This document shows positions 13,000 through 26,248 of a stretch of DNA of 64,000 nt, in pieces. Position 1 is the stretch's first letter. Each line of letters starts with the position of its first letter. Both the position numbers and the translations under genes were made by a program. Location of the stretch: contig MU008158.1 of assembly GCA_010909165.1 (NCBI GenBank), positions 494,581-558,580 on the forward strand, written 5' to 3'. The notes under the pieces were generated by a model. That model had not been told where the DNA came from. It made no database searches and saw only the letters and a program-made list of their open reading frames with translations. The DNA comes from Anthoceros angustus (taxonomy: Eukaryota > Plantae > Anthocerotophyta).

Positions 13000-14394
13000 A
13001 TGAGGAGGCGTCCAGGCATCGCCGGTCTGCAGAATGCGGCAGCTGCCAGGGTAATGGATTCTTATGTTTTGAGCTGTGGTTTTTTGGCTGAAGGCCTAAA
13101 TCATATGGTTCTGCAGGATCACTACAAATTGTTAGGTGATAATCTCGCTAAGGAGCGCACGGATCAGATGAAGGAGCAGCTGGCAACCTTCAGAATGCAG
13201 CTTGAGGAGTTCGCTCGAAAGCACAAGGTTGATACAGGGCCGTCTCGATTCCGAATGCTGACCACGGTGTCTGGTTTCACGGTGGCTTGCTTTTGTGTGT
13301 TGGCAGCATGACATTCGGAGAAATCCAGCATTTAGGGCTCAGTTTCATACTATGTGTGCCAAGTGCGGGGTTGACCCCTTAGCCTCGAACAAGGGCTTTT
13401 GGGCAGAACTTCTGGGAATTGGTGACTTTTACTATGAGTTAGGTGAGATCATGTTTCATGAGGACGCGGTTGGAGCAGGTTCATTTTTTGAGTTATTGTT
13501 GTACAGGTGTTTTACTCGGATTCTGTATGTTGGAGAGCCAGTAAGAGGTCGCATGGTGTTGAGGGGCGGTGCAGGAGTGCAGATTGTGGACGTATGTCTT
13601 GCCACACGACCTTACAATGGAGGGTTGATTGATCTGGACGAACTTCGCACCTTACTTGCTAAGAGAAGGAGAGCTTCCCGTGAGCCAATTTCTGAGGATG
13701 ATTGTATCAGGGCTATTGGCAAGTTGAAGGTGTTCCCAGATGCCTCTGCCGTGATTTCTCCACTTTGAAGAGTGTTAGTTTCGTAGGTGCTCGAGAGCCT
13801 TGGTTTCACGAGTCTGGTGTTGCTTTTGTGTATGAGTGCAGATTGCGTGTGTTTGAATCAGCTGGCCCGACATGGTGGATGAATTGCAGGCACTGGGTGG
13901 TGGCTTCAAAGCTTTCTCGATAGGCAAGAAGATGTTTGTTCGTTCGGTCCCCACCGAGCTGAACAAGGACCACAATCAAATTTTGGAGCTAGCACAGGTG
14001 TGTTATCTTGGTTGACCTGTTCTGCGTGGACTTGTTTTTCCACTTTCCAGCAACAGTTTCACGCGGCCTGTCTGGGCAGGAATCGTAAGCTCATATTATG
14101 CCCTTGCATCTACCAGGCTCGGGGATATGTAACAGCACGAGATGTAGTGAAGGCTCTTGCTTGCTCATCGGGGAGAGCCACGGATGCCTTAACTACCCTT
14201 ATGAAAGTAAGCGTCATTCCGTTAACACGGTTGTTTAGGAAGAACCTGCGGGCATTTTGTCTTACTCTGAGCTTGTTGAGCAGGAAGGACTGGCTATGAT
14301 AGACGAAGGACATCCAGATGGGGTGAGCAGATTCTGGTTTCCCTGTACGGGTCCCAACTCCGGGGGAATGGATCTGGACTTTGCTGCTTCTTAA
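13000..14394 (+). CDS. VPS22: ESCRT-II subunit VPS22/SNF8 (multi-exon)
   Basis: [90 protein letters not shown]. Confidence 0.93.
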
Positions 14395-14579
14395 TCTGGA
14401 TACGCGAAGCAAGTCCAGCATCGTCAGTGGAAGCTGTTGACGAGTTCAAAAGCTTGGGCCTGCGTGTATCTAAGGACAAGATCCTCTGACTGTTTCTCTT
14501 CAGATGCTTGCGCGAAGTAAAAGTTGAGGTTCCCACAAGTTGTACGCCATCTTCTAGGAGAAATATGTGAATAGTGAGG

Positions 14580-15329
14580 TCACTTGCAAAGTTTTAACTT
14601 CTTGAAGAATTGGCCAACCTGGGACTTGCTATACGGCTTCGTGGCCAGACAAGTGGGGATGTTCTCAGGCTGCTCTATCCAGAGCTTGTGAGCGACTCCA
14701 GCTGCTTCAAGCTTCTTGGACAGATTGACAAGCTGCGCATCTCCTTTGACTTCCAGAGTGACCTGAGTCAGGACAAACTCTCAGCTGAAAGAAAAGTTAC
14801 ACCAGGACACTGAGAAGCAGCTGCTATTACTCACCGTGTGCATATCGTCCAGCGTCTCCGAATCACAGTATTGCAAAGTCTGTGCGTCGTCCTTATGGAG
14901 CCAAATAGCTGCGACTGCTGCATGACACCCTTGTGAGATGATACTCCCCAGCGGCCACTTCATGCCGTCCACCAGATCCCTCCGAATAACAACGTACTGC
15001 ACAACTGTCTCTGCTTCTGGAGCAACAATGGCATCCTCAGATGCCGGCAATGCCGCCTCTGCTGCTCCATCCAGCACGGGAGAGTCCATTGTGGCTGCAC
15101 TGCGCTCACCAACACTCTGCTGGGACAAGCATCCGGGAGCAACCGACAACAGTCTTAACCGCCCACAAACCACCCCACCTCGCCCCAGCCGCTCTAATGC
15201 CTCCGATGCTGCCAGTGGGCAAAGGAATCGCACGGCGTCCTTGAGGGAACGGAGACCCGAGCTACAAACGGGACGATACCCTGGCGCAGCTCTGATCCTA
15301 CAAGCACCCAGATGCGACAGCACCAACAT
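14580..15329 (-). CDS. PTRHD1: PTH2-family peptidyl-tRNA hydrolase PTRHD1-like with probable organellar transit peptide (intron 14834-14763; alternative start 15437)
   Basis: VQYVVIRRDL..WPLGSIISQGCHAAVAAIW..LDDMH spliced to VTLEVKG..HKLWIEQPENIPTCLATKPY..FFKKLKLCK*. Confidence 0.85.
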
Positions 15330-15636
15330 ACTTGTAACGTAACCTATTCTCCTACTTCGGAAACCAACAGTTGATGCGTGACATTCTTTGTGGAAACGCA
15401 GGAATGGGTTTGCCCTAGATTGGGTGCCATGGCCCATGCAATTTCGGGTGCTGCCATTTCACCGCAAAGCTGTTCAATCCCAGATTACAATGAGCAACCG
15501 GAACCTTGGCGATAACCTACGACTCTAACTACTCTTGCATATGCTCGACGAGAATCAAGCTTTGAGTAGCGGGTGCATATGGAGACGATGGCACTTCTAT
15601 CCGAGCACACTCTGAAACGACTGATCCGATCCATCG

Positions 15637-17664
15637 TCAAGCGGTGGGCATGAAGCCCCCGTAGTAATCCAAGGTTGTGTCCGGCAGCCACGAGGAGGCG
15701 GAGATGAACTGGTCGGCAAGGAAAGGGGTTACATCACTTTCACTACTGAACTGGTGCACTCCTGTCCACTTCACTCTGTTGGAAGTATCAGCACCAGGAC
15801 CAGTATTTCGAAATTCAGCAAAGAACAGAGTCTCAGGGACGTTTCCATCCCAGGGCATCCACCCCTCCGGCTCAATGATGCTGTCCATGTAGCTGTCGAA
15901 GTAAACAACTCTGGAGTAGTTCATCCAAGGCCTCCCCAGATAGGACCTGAACAGAAGGCATTGTGAGTGAGACGAGCTTCTAGTGGTGTCAGTCATGACC
16001 GTGCGTTAGGACGGTTTGTACGAGTCTAGATAGGTACTTACTTTTCGCTGCGAATTTGTGACCTGTAGGTTTCTGACGCTGTGACATTGCAGTTTTGGAA
16101 GACGAAGCCTGTGTTTTGATTAGGATCTGTCCTGCCTTGGGCAGAGAATACGCTTCCTTGACCATCCAGACCAGCCGTGGCTATGAGTTTGCAGTTCTGG
16201 AACACAGCTGCAGCATTTCCGAACACGAAGTCGACTGTCCCCTCAATTTCGCAGTTGCTGTAGAATTGGCGCATCGTGTGGGGGTATAATGTGTCCTGAA
16301 ATCCAGTCACTTTCACTTCATAAAATGCGGACTTGTCTGCTGAGACACGCATGGCTACAGCTTGCGCATTTGCCGCTCCGGCAGTATTCTTGACTGTGAA
16401 TCCCGTGCCTGTAAAGCCTTCCCCATCAATCGCTGCATGAGAAATTGCAGACTGTTTATCAGCGTTTTCTACTCTGACAAAGGCAAGACCAGAAAGAGCT
16501 GTTGGACAACCAAGCGAGAGGTAGAGCTCGCATTCACCCAAAGTCGCTGAAGAGTACGTGTTGCTGCCGGTGCCTACACTGAGGTCTCCTGTTATTACAG
16601 TTTGATCAATTCCAGCTCCGATGAAAACAATATTGGTGAGGTCACTCGCTACGTTTACAGGTCCCTGGTATTGGCCTGCCGTAAGCTTGATAACGTATCG
16701 GGATGCGCTGTTTCTGGGAGCAGCACTCAGGGCATCTTGCAAGCTTGTGGTGCCTGCGGGGTCGACGGTAACGTTGGGTGTCCAGCTTGATATCTCTTCA
16801 AGCAACAGCCCAGCAAATCGGTCAGGCTGCGATGGGATCGAGCCAGGGAATGGCTGAAGGTGCAGAAGCTTCCGGGAGGCGGAACTCAGGAAGCCTGCTT
16901 CAGGGAGCAGTGCAGAGAGGCTTGCGGCAAGGTTGAGGTAGCCTGTACAGCTTAACAGAACAGAGTAAAGCTGCTTGACATGAGACCCGTTTGCACCCGT
17001 AGGCAGCTGGTCAAAGCAGGTGTCGTGGAAAGTCTTTGATGCAGATAGCCATGTCTGCACATCTTCCAAGTGCGTTTTCACCATGCAGCCTGCAGGCTCA
17101 AACTTCACCTTGGAGAGCAGGGCAAGGGAGGCAATCAGCTGGTCCTGGGCACGATCTAAAACCTGCGTTGATGAGAGATTTCGTTCATCAGAACCACGTA
17201 GAATAGTCTACTACCTCATATATAATGCACAAACCATTTAGTACCTGAGAGCAGACGTCCCAAGCATCTCGATGGGTACCAGATTCGTTTATCACAGATC
17301 TATCCAGCATCCTGCTCACGTGCAACGAGGAGTTGGTGACACCAGCCAACACTGTATGGATCATGTACGCAGCCAGCTCCTTGGGGTTCTCATGAGCATC
17401 GCTTGGAGCACGGCTGCAGATGTCCTCGCAAGCATTGGGGTCTAAACTGCCAGAGCAAATTGCTTGGATGGTTGGGCCCCGCGGAGGATCCGGAGCCGCA
17501 AACCAGCCAGATATGAGGATGAGATTCACCCCAACCACCATGGCTATTAATCCCATTGCCAGCCAGATTATCACTCTCCAGACCCGGTTGACATCAGGCT
17601 GCACCGGAGTCCATGGGCATTCCGACGTCGTATGAGCATTCGTGGTGGGATGCACCGGATCCAT
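15637..17664 (-). CDS. PME: Second pectin methylesterase with TM anchor and PMEI pro-domain (4 exons)
   Basis: TM helix, PMEI ([13 protein letters not shown]), RKLL site, [27 protein letters not shown]; intron positions match the paralog at 9037-11167. Confidence 0.9.
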
Positions 17665-18467
17665 GGAGTCACTTTCTCAGCTGCCTCCTGAAGGCCCTTG
17701 GAATCAGAACAGACTTCCCAACTCAGCAGGCACAGGATTTCCGTATCACTTCGTAACCAGCCACAGCATCCATGGTAAGTGCCATCAACCTGCGACCTTG
17801 AAGCTCTGCCAGCAAGAAAAGGCAGTCGCAACCCCACAATTTGAAGGAACAGGAAACTGTAGAGGAATGAACTCCCGCCCATGGCATCTGCGTGTGCAAA
17901 CTGCATAGGCGCAAGTCTCACGGAGCCGACAACGCCAGCGGTGACAGGTCATTGTGGCAAACAAGTGCCGTCCGCAACTGGCGCCAAGTGCCAAACGTGG
18001 CCACTTGTCTCTCGTTGGAGCTCTGCACAGCTATTGGGGTCTTGAATGCTTCCTTCCCGGCCTCACAAGTCTTCACGGCTCCCGATTCCGGGTCCTACTT
18101 GCGATCCGACTGTTTCCCAGCCTCTCCAGCACCCGGACCTGTACGCCTGGATAAGACTGAACGAATCTGCAGGTGGTCAGCATATCTGTCTCACCTATCA
18201 TGATCAGCATTCATCTCGCATCGCAGATTCTCTTCCACCCACAGCCCCTACATGCTGCTGGAGCTGCCGTGGAGAGAGTCATCTGCGTTGTGGGTTGGAA
18301 TACCTCCTGCGGCAGGCAACTAGATTGTGTGCGAGCAAGCCACCGCCCACAACTCAATAAGCCCAGAAACGCGAGCCAGCTTGGCAGGGCCATGGTTGTC
18401 GAAGGCAGCAAGAACTACTAGCATTACCACATCCGCACAGTCCCTGCTCACAAGCTGGATGGATCAG

Positions 18468-21400
18468 TCACTGGCCCAAAACCTTGATCTTCTGCGTGAG
18501 TGTGCACAATTCGTTGTAAATCTGCCATCGTTCTGGATGAGCAGCATCTTCCACTACAAAGCTGTGCACCTGGTGTCCCAGAGGAATCCAGGTCTTTCCT
18601 GGAGCCTTCTTCACTCCGGCACTCCTTCTCTTGGCTTGGACCGCGTTCACCGCATCCCACATGTTAGCCGATGCGTAGATATTGGACATGAGATCATACG
18701 CAGCTGCAGTCTCTGGTTTCATCTGCAAAATGCAGTCAAAGGCACGCAGTCCGATCTCCACGTTTCTGTAGACTTGGCATGCTCCCAGTACCGCAAGCCA
18801 CATTGCAGCATCAGATTGAACCGACATGGAGTCTATCAAATCCACTGCCCCTTGCAGATGCCCCGCCCGAGCAAGAAGGTCTACCATGCACCCGTAGTGC
18901 TCCACTCCAGGCGTGACACCATGATCCTTGCTCATGGCCAGAAACAGCCGAAAACCGTCATCCAGCAGGCCTGCATGACTACAAGCAGATAATATACAAA
19001 CGAAGGTGATGTCGCTGGGTTTCTGATTTGCTAGCAGCATTTGCTCGAAGAGTCGCAAAGCTTCCCGAGCCTGTCCGTGGAAAGCATGCCCTCCGATGAT
19101 GGCCGTCCAAGATACTACATTGCTCTGTTCCAGGTTGCTGAATAGGCTTACAGCTTCCTCCAGCTTTCCGCATTTTGCATACATGTCGATTAAAGCATTT
19201 GAGATAGCCGTATCTAGTAAGAGTCCTTTCTCGGACAACTGATGATGGATCTGCTCGCCCAGGTCTAAGGCAGCTTGGCTGGCACAAGCCTTGAGGATGC
19301 TGACCAGGATGTTCACATCTGGCTCTATGCCTTGCTGTTGCGTCTGCTGAAAGAGTTGGATAGCTTCATGGCTGTGACCATTTTGCACGTAACACGCAGC
19401 CATGGCAGCCCATGTAGTGGCATCCCTCTCTGACATTGTCTTGAATACCTGTTCAGCATCGTGCACGGCCCCACATCTGGCATACATGTCCAGGATGGCG
19501 TTCCCAAGAACAACGTCCAAGAGTATACCTCGCTCTGTGAGCTGAAGATGGACTTGCTTGCCATGTTCGACATCTGCTACGCTGCCGCAGGCTTTGATGA
19601 CACCAAGAAATGTTATTCTGTTCGGCTCAATACCCTGTTGTGCCATCTGCTGGAAGAGTGTGAGAGCTTCCCGTGCATAACCATGCTGGGCATAGCCTCC
19701 AATCATCGTAGTATAGCTAACAACATTTTTCTCAGCGGTCTGAAACAACTTCCGTGCCTCATCCAAGCTCCCGCACTTGGCATACAAATCCAGTAGACAG
19801 TTCATCACGGATGAATCGGTGTCAAGTCTGCTCTTGATGACTTTTTTGTGAATGCGCTTACCCTGGTCTAGAGCAGCAATACTGCTGCATGCATTAAGAG
19901 TGACAACAAAGGTTATCTTGTCTGGCTCCACGCCTTCGTCTTCCAGTTGCTGATAGAGTTGGAGAACTTGCTGACAATGCCCGTATTGCGCATATCCTGA
20001 GATCAATGTGTTCCATGCAGCCAATCCTTTTTCCTGCTGGTTGTCAAATAAGTTTCTCGCTGCATTCAAGTCACCACACTTGGCATACATGTGTACCAGC
20101 AAATTCATGATAGCCATGTCAGATTCAAAGCCACTCAGAACAATTTGGTTGTGGATTTGCCTTCCAAGATCCAAAGCTGCCACGCTGCAACAGGCTTGGA
20201 GAGCGCTGATAAAGGTTACCTTGTCAGGCTTCATGCCATCTTCCAACATCTGTTGAAACAACTCCATAGCTTGTAGGGGGTGGCCGTGCAACACATAACC
20301 ACCTATCATGCTTGTCCATGAAACAACATCCTTCACTGATAGGGTATCAAACACATCCCTTGCCTTTGGGAGGCATCCACACTTGGAATACATGTCAATA
20401 AGACTGTTGCAAATAGCAATATCTGATCCCAGGCCTGATCTCATTACCAGGGTATGAATTTGAGCACCCTCACTGATGAAAGCGTTACTGCTGCATGTGC
20501 CAAGAATGCTCAGAAATGTGAACTTGTTTGGCACCACACCTTCCTGCTGCATTTGATGAAAGAGATCGAGGCCTTTCCAACCACACCCAGCCTGTGAACA
20601 TACCCTGATCATTGCAGTCCATGTGGCAGCATCCTTAACTTTAGCGCTGCGAAACAGGTTCCAGGCCTCATCTAGGCACTCAAACTTAAGATACATGTCA
20701 AGCAGTGTGTTCACGATTACCACGTCTTGTGTGAACCCCCTCATGATTGCTTCAGCGTGAACCTGTCTGCCCAGATTCGAGGCTCCAATGCTACTACAAG
20801 CCTTAAGCACATGCACAAACGTTACCCTATCGGGCAAGATTCTAGCTACTTTCATCTGCTGAAAGAGACCAAGCGCTTCCTGAGGAGAGCAATACTGAGC
20901 ATAGCCAGCAATCATAACATTCCAGGAGACCAGGTCCCCTTTAGCTGATCTGTCAAACACTTCCCGTGCCTGCTCTAGGCCTCCACATGTGATATACATG
21001 CTGATCAAGGCATTCTCCAAAGGCACATCTAACTGAAGCCCACTAAGAATGAACTGGAAGTGGGCCCTTTGACACAAATCCAGAACTGCAGCGTTGCTGC
21101 AAGCTTTGAAAACGTTCAAATATGTTATCTTGTTTGGCTGCACACCCTGCTCCTGCATTTGCTTAAGATTTTGAAGGGCTTCTTGTGCTCTCCCAACAAG
21201 AGCACATCCACCAATCAAGGCAGTCCATGATACCACATCTCTCTTTACGAGCTTGTCGAAAACTCCCTGACCCTCACCCAGGCTACCGCACTTGCAGTAC
21301 ATGTCAACAAGCATGTTCGCTACAACCAAGTCTGATTCCAAACCCCTCTTGATGATCTCCAAGTGCAGTAGCTTCCCATAATCCAATGCTGATATGCTTG

Positions 21401-22331
21401 CACAGGCTTTAAGGGTCATCAGATAAGTAACTCTATTTGGCTCCAGGTCTGTCCCTTTCATGCACTGAAACAACCGTAGCGCCTCCAGAGCATCCGCATG
21501 CCGCAAGTAACCCCCAATAATGGCACTCCACGAAACCACATCCTTCTGCAACAGGTTGTCAAACACATTTCGTGCCCCCTCCACATCGCCACATTTGGCA
21601 TACATTGTAACAAGGGCATTGCCAACAACAACTGATGAATCACAACGTGACTCCAGAATGTGCCCGTGGATCGACCTGCCCTCTAAAAGGTCCTCTATGT
21701 TGGCACATGCTCTGATGAGAGATGCATATACATGGGCATCCGGTATTACATTGGACTTCAACATGTCATGATACAGTTCAATAGCCTTCTCACTTTGCCC
21801 ATCTTTGGCATATGCTGAGGTGATTGTTTGCCAGGAGCACTTGTTTGGCAATCGCATTTTTCTGAAAATCTGATATGCTTCCAGCAGACGTCCGCAAGAA
21901 GCAAACATCTGGATAAGTTTGTTATCAACGTACACATTGGAGTCACAAATTCCTGAGATAACTAGTGAATGAACTCTCCTGCCAGCTGCCAAATTACTCT
22001 CCTGAATGCATTCCTGCAAGATGAATTCCACCATTTGAGTCGTGACCTTTCCTCGGCCCAGGACCTCCATTGCCTGCAACGCATCATCCAGCAGTCCCTT
22101 CTCACATAGATCACGTAAATGTGGAGCATGATCCCAGGAGGCATAGTCTACCACCCTGAAAACATTCAAACATGTCAAACATTTCAACAGTAAACTGGTC
22201 TTTAAAAAGCTTCGACATGATAAGTTGGATCATCACCTACGATGGATATTCCTTCTCACTCCCCAGTTGCACACAGCACGCAGAATGCTAGCTTTTTTCA
22301 AGGCTATCGCGACGCCAATGTGTGCTGTCAT
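18468..22331 (-). CDS. PLS-class PPR protein with E/E+ terminus (organellar RNA-editing specificity factor); exon 1 22331-22237, exon 2 22155-18468
   Basis: About 30 P/L/S repeats; E domain (HYGCMVDLLARAG, AAAYDLMSNIY); PG box KKAPGKTWI..VHSF..HP; stops before a DYW domain. The inferred exon 1 (MTAHIGVAIALKKASILRAVCNWGVRRNIHR) looks like a presequence. Confidence 0.9.
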
Positions 22332-23023
22332 GTGTCTCAAGCTTCCCGCTATCCATCCAATCAAGGCGGATTCCGCAACCACATTGTGTGCAAGGCTGTA
22401 GCACTGTGATAAACTCTTGGAATAGCAACGGCAAAAAATAACTCAAGAGCAACATCCACCGGACGCCGAGTGAGTGCTGCTGGAGGCCAAGGCGCTTCTG
22501 TTGCAATGCTTCCGAATGCCAACTCTAATTTTCCACAACCACCCGCAACGGGTGCTCCGACTGGCATGGCTGCCATTGGCAACAGCAGGAGGACAAAACA
22601 TGCTGCTTACCAAGCAAGTTCTAATCAGGAGACGCTCAGAACAGCAGAGATATGTCTCGTTCAAGATCGGAATCTGCGGCCCTACATCTAATCCCAAGCT
22701 GCTGAATTTATATGAAACGACGCCACATGCCGCTCACACAAGCATGGGACGTGGCAGGCTTGCTTGGCGCCGGTTTGCGAAGGTGCTGCTTTCTTCGAAT
22801 TCCTTGCAGTGCTTACACTCTGCGTTGCCCGGACGTGAGTACCTGCTGCTGGTGCCAACGGGCGTAGCAGTGCTGACCGAATGTTTGCCGCATGGGCCCG
22901 AGGTGTGTGCAGCAGCTGGTGAATTGAGATCGTTGAGGCCTTGCATCTGGAACCAGTAAATGTGTTGACTGGATGGCATGCGGTGTTGTAGGAGGCTGTG
23001 TGTGATGTCACCGCCTGTCCAGC

Positions 23024-25558
23024 ATGCAAAATGCTACTGCCAAGGACCTGCCCGGTGACAGACCATCTATGGGGAATGCCCCACCCAGTCTTCCACAGGA
23101 GTACGAAGGCCAGGGCAAGGCCAAGACGGCAGAGATGGAACACAGTCGATTGGAACCGCATCAGGGCGAGGCCGGCATGGATCCAGGTTTGTGGGGTACG
23201 CTCCCTGAGGAGATCGTAGATAGGATTCTTGCTTTCTTGCCTATCCCCAGCTTCTTCCGATTGCAGGTGGTATGTAAGAGGTGGAACTCGCTCAGGTTTT
23301 CTCATGGGTTTCTGGAAATCTATTCTGAAGTTGTGTCTGGGGGGCCTTGGCTGCTTGTCTTTGCCAAGGGCAAGGAAAGGCCCGATGTCCCCCATATTCC
23401 TAACCTGCAGAAGCTAGGATTGGCATACAATTTCATGCTGAAGAGGGTGAGTTTTGTGTACAGTCCTAAGTCTAGGAAATGGTATAACCTTGCCCTGCCA
23501 TGCCTCCCCCCTCGAGCCAGCGTTTTAGCAGCATCTGGGGGCCTGCTCTGTTGTGAGGGGGGTGCGGGGTACTTCCTAGTCTGCAATCCCGTGACCAACA
23601 CCTGGAGACCCTTGCCCCCGAGTCTCTTGGATCGGAATACCATGCACTTGGAGATGGTTGCAGACTGCCCCACAAGGTCATACAAGGTCATTGCCGTGGG
23701 GGGCAGCTTTTTGTACCCTCCAGGAGAGGTGCCCTCGGATGGCACCACTTTGGGGACTACTATATCTGACTATAGAGTTCGCCTAGTTCTGAACAGATTG
23801 AGAAGCAGCTCAGTTGGAGGAAATTATGCAGGGTTCAGCAACTGTGATTTTCAGCCCAGGAACAGTTATCCTGGTTTCGCCACTCCCCATGCTCATCCCA
23901 GCCTGGACCCATTTGATTCTAGTGATCTGCTGTCGCACCGTCGTAGTGCCAATCTGGGTGCTTCTAGTGCAAGTGCAGGTTCCAGTACCTCTGAGTTTCA
24001 TGCTGGCTTTGGCCTAAACCAGCTACGGGTGCTGAGAGTTTCTGGAGGTCCTTCTCGCTGCAGGGAAGGGGGTCTGAGAGAGAATGCACGTCCAGGTTGC
24101 AGGTCCGGGTCAAACCAGAGATCTCAGGAGGGTGCAAGCAAGCCAAGGTGCACTTCACCAGCTACGGGAGAAGCAAGCATAGATACTGTCAATGTTCAAC
24201 TCACCCCTAGCATGCCTACCCTTGTAGTCAGAGATGGACTTGCTGTTCAGACGAGAGGAAGACTATCAGCTTCTGTTTCCTCCACTTCTGAGGAGTCATC
24301 TGATAGCTCAAACAGTGACATAATTGCTGCGTTGGATAGACTGCATATAAGTACTCCCAGAAGTCCAGTACCAGGTGCTGGTCGTTCAGCCAGGGACGAC
24401 TTTCCCATTTCTGCCAGTGGAAACTTGGTGCAGGAAGTCTTGGATGGGAACAGCTCGTTGCCAGTTAGTCTGAGGGTTGGCAAGGCAAACCCACAAGATG
24501 TGGATGCTGGTGTACAGTTGCCTGACCGCAGAGCTGACTCTGCTATCAGCAGAGAGAGTGAAGATGTTGAGGGAGTTGGAAATTCAGATGACAAAATGAG
24601 GGGTTGTACGTCAGAACAATCTTTCACTGGTAGTACGGCGACCAACTCTAGTTTGGTTCTTCCACCGCACAGCGCTCGCCTGTTGTCTAGCTGTAGTGAG
24701 GACGCTGGTTTCACACCACCGAGTGGCAGTGAAGCACTATGGCGTGTAGGGGCTGTTGATGATCCGGTTGGGCTAGCCAGCCTTCTAGAGCAAACCAATC
24801 TAAGGTTGTCCCGGGATTCAGGGTACTATTTTGGGCATGCCTTCACCAGAGTGAGAAACAATCTTCTTCGTTCTGCTGAGGCTGCAGAGTCAAGACCCTC
24901 TGACTATCGTGTAGGGGTTATGCTCAATAGGATAAGATCCAATGCAATAGCAGCTTCTAATGCTATATCTAACAACTCTGATTATTATGGTTTTACTGTT
25001 GAAGTATATGATTCAAAAGTTGGGAGGTGGGAAAGAGCAGGTCTGCTTCCTCGAGAAGTGGACTCCATCTCAAAAACCTGCTATTGTAATGGCCATCTTT
25101 ATTGTCTAGCCTTCAATCTCTTCCGGATATTCAGATTCAGCATAGTGGAGGGCTCATGGACCTCAATAGACATTCCTGCATTCTTCTTTTTTATTGTTCC
25201 AGACCTTGTGGAGCTCTGTGGTCGCCTGCTCCTAGTGGGTGGGGTGAAAGGAACTCCACTGGCTAATGCCATTGTCATCTGGGAGCTTGAACAGACCAGA
25301 CGTGATTGGATGGAAGTCATGAGGATGCCAGATGAGCTATGCAAGGAATTCCATCGTGGAGAACACTTTGGGGTTTTCAGATGTGTGGGAAATGGAGCTT
25401 TACTGTTTTTTATGGGTGAAAACTTTCCTCGGATTCTAGTGTGTAATTTGAACATGAAGTCATGGCATTGGTCACCTCCATGTCATGGAATTGAGAATCG
25501 CTACCAGCGAGGGTTCAAGGGCTTCTGCTTCGAGCCCAGATTGGATGCCTTAGTGTAG
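23024..25558 (+). CDS. F-box protein with kelch-like/FBA-type C-terminal propeller interrupted by a ~430-aa Ser-rich insertion
   Basis: F-box LWGTLPEEIVDRILAFLP..VCKRW; ASGGLLC, VCNPVTNTW, EVYDS, LVELCGRLLLVG; C-terminal GFCFEPRL. Single ORF; the exact start Met is uncertain. Confidence 0.85.
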   Translation: MQNATAKDLPGDRPSMGNAPPSLPQEYEGQGKAKTAEMEHSRLEPHQGEAGMDPGLWGTLPEEIVDRILAFLPIPSFFRLQVVCKRWNSLRFSHGFLEIYSEVVSGGPWLLVFAKGKERPDVPHIPNLQKLGLAYNFMLKRVSFVYSPKSRKWYNLALPCLPPRASVLAASGGLLCCEGGAGYFLVCNPVTNTWRPLPPSLLDRNTMHLEMVADCPTRSYKVIAVGGSFLYPPGEVPSDGTTLGTTISDYRVRLVLNRLRSSSVGGNYAGFSNCDFQPRNSYPGFATPHAHPSLDPFDSSDLLSHRRSANLGASSASAGSSTSEFHAGFGLNQLRVLRVSGGPSRCREGGLRENARPGCRSGSNQRSQEGASKPRCTSPATGEASIDTVNVQLTPSMPTLVVRDGLAVQTRGRLSASVSSTSEESSDSSNSDIIAALDRLHISTPRSPVPGAGRSARDDFPISASGNLVQEVLDGNSSLPVSLRVGKANPQDVDAGVQLPDRRADSAISRESEDVEGVGNSDDKMRGCTSEQSFTGSTATNSSLVLPPHSARLLSSCSEDAGFTPPSGSEALWRVGAVDDPVGLASLLEQTNLRLSRDSGYYFGHAFTRVRNNLLRSAEAAESRPSDYRVGVMLNRIRSNAIAASNAISNNSDYYGFTVEVYDSKVGRWERAGLLPREVDSISKTCYCNGHLYCLAFNLFRIFRFSIVEGSWTSIDIPAFFFFIVPDLVELCGRLLLVGGVKGTPLANAIVIWELEQTRRDWMEVMRMPDELCKEFHRGEHFGVFRCVGNGALLFFMGENFPRILVCNLNMKSWHWSPPCHGIENRYQRGFKGFCFEPRLDALV

Positions 25559-26248
25559 GCAATGATTCCCAAAATGTCAACATTGTACATGTAGTAAATG
25601 CATGGATGTTGGAGACGTACCACAACCCGTTCTATGTATTCCGACTTGGCCAAACCTGTTCAGAGACACTTAACCTATCCCTGGACATGGTGTCTCTTTC
25701 ATTTGCAGGTCACAAAGTCTGTTGCATAGCTATGGTCCACCATGCTCAACTATTTCTGTTTACTGGGGAGGCCAAACTTGCCTAGGAATCTTGCTATGTC
25801 GGCCTGCTGAGACAGTTCAGCAAGTGTGTTGATCCGCTTTATGTCGCAACCAAATTGAAGGGCAATGACCATTTGTACGAGCAATTCTCCCCTTGTAACG
25901 GCTGTGAGATAGTCCGATCTGTAACCCTGCTGTCAGGCTCACCATGTTGAAGTACACTATGTGCAGCATATTCACATTGTGCCTCAATTACATGCTTCAA
26001 TTTCGTTTTTGATAGGAAACACGGAGATAAGAGAAACATGATGTGTGTGACATAATTTGGACCTTTACCACCCCTGAAGATCTGAGATTCTGAGTTAGTA
26101 CAGAGCGTTCCTGGTGAAGTAAAGTGTTCACGGGATTGTCCCTTTTTCAGCAGGCCTCGCCACTGACTGTATTTTTCATCTGACCACGTCTTTTTGTAAA
26201 CTTTGTAGGGCAGGGAAGGGTGCCACGCAGACCTTCTGGCAAGAAGGA

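Noticed and set aside
18400-18470. Possible DYW remnant (EQGLCG) after the stop of the first PPR
   Set aside because: Spacing is wrong and no HxE or CxxC follows; similarity is too weak
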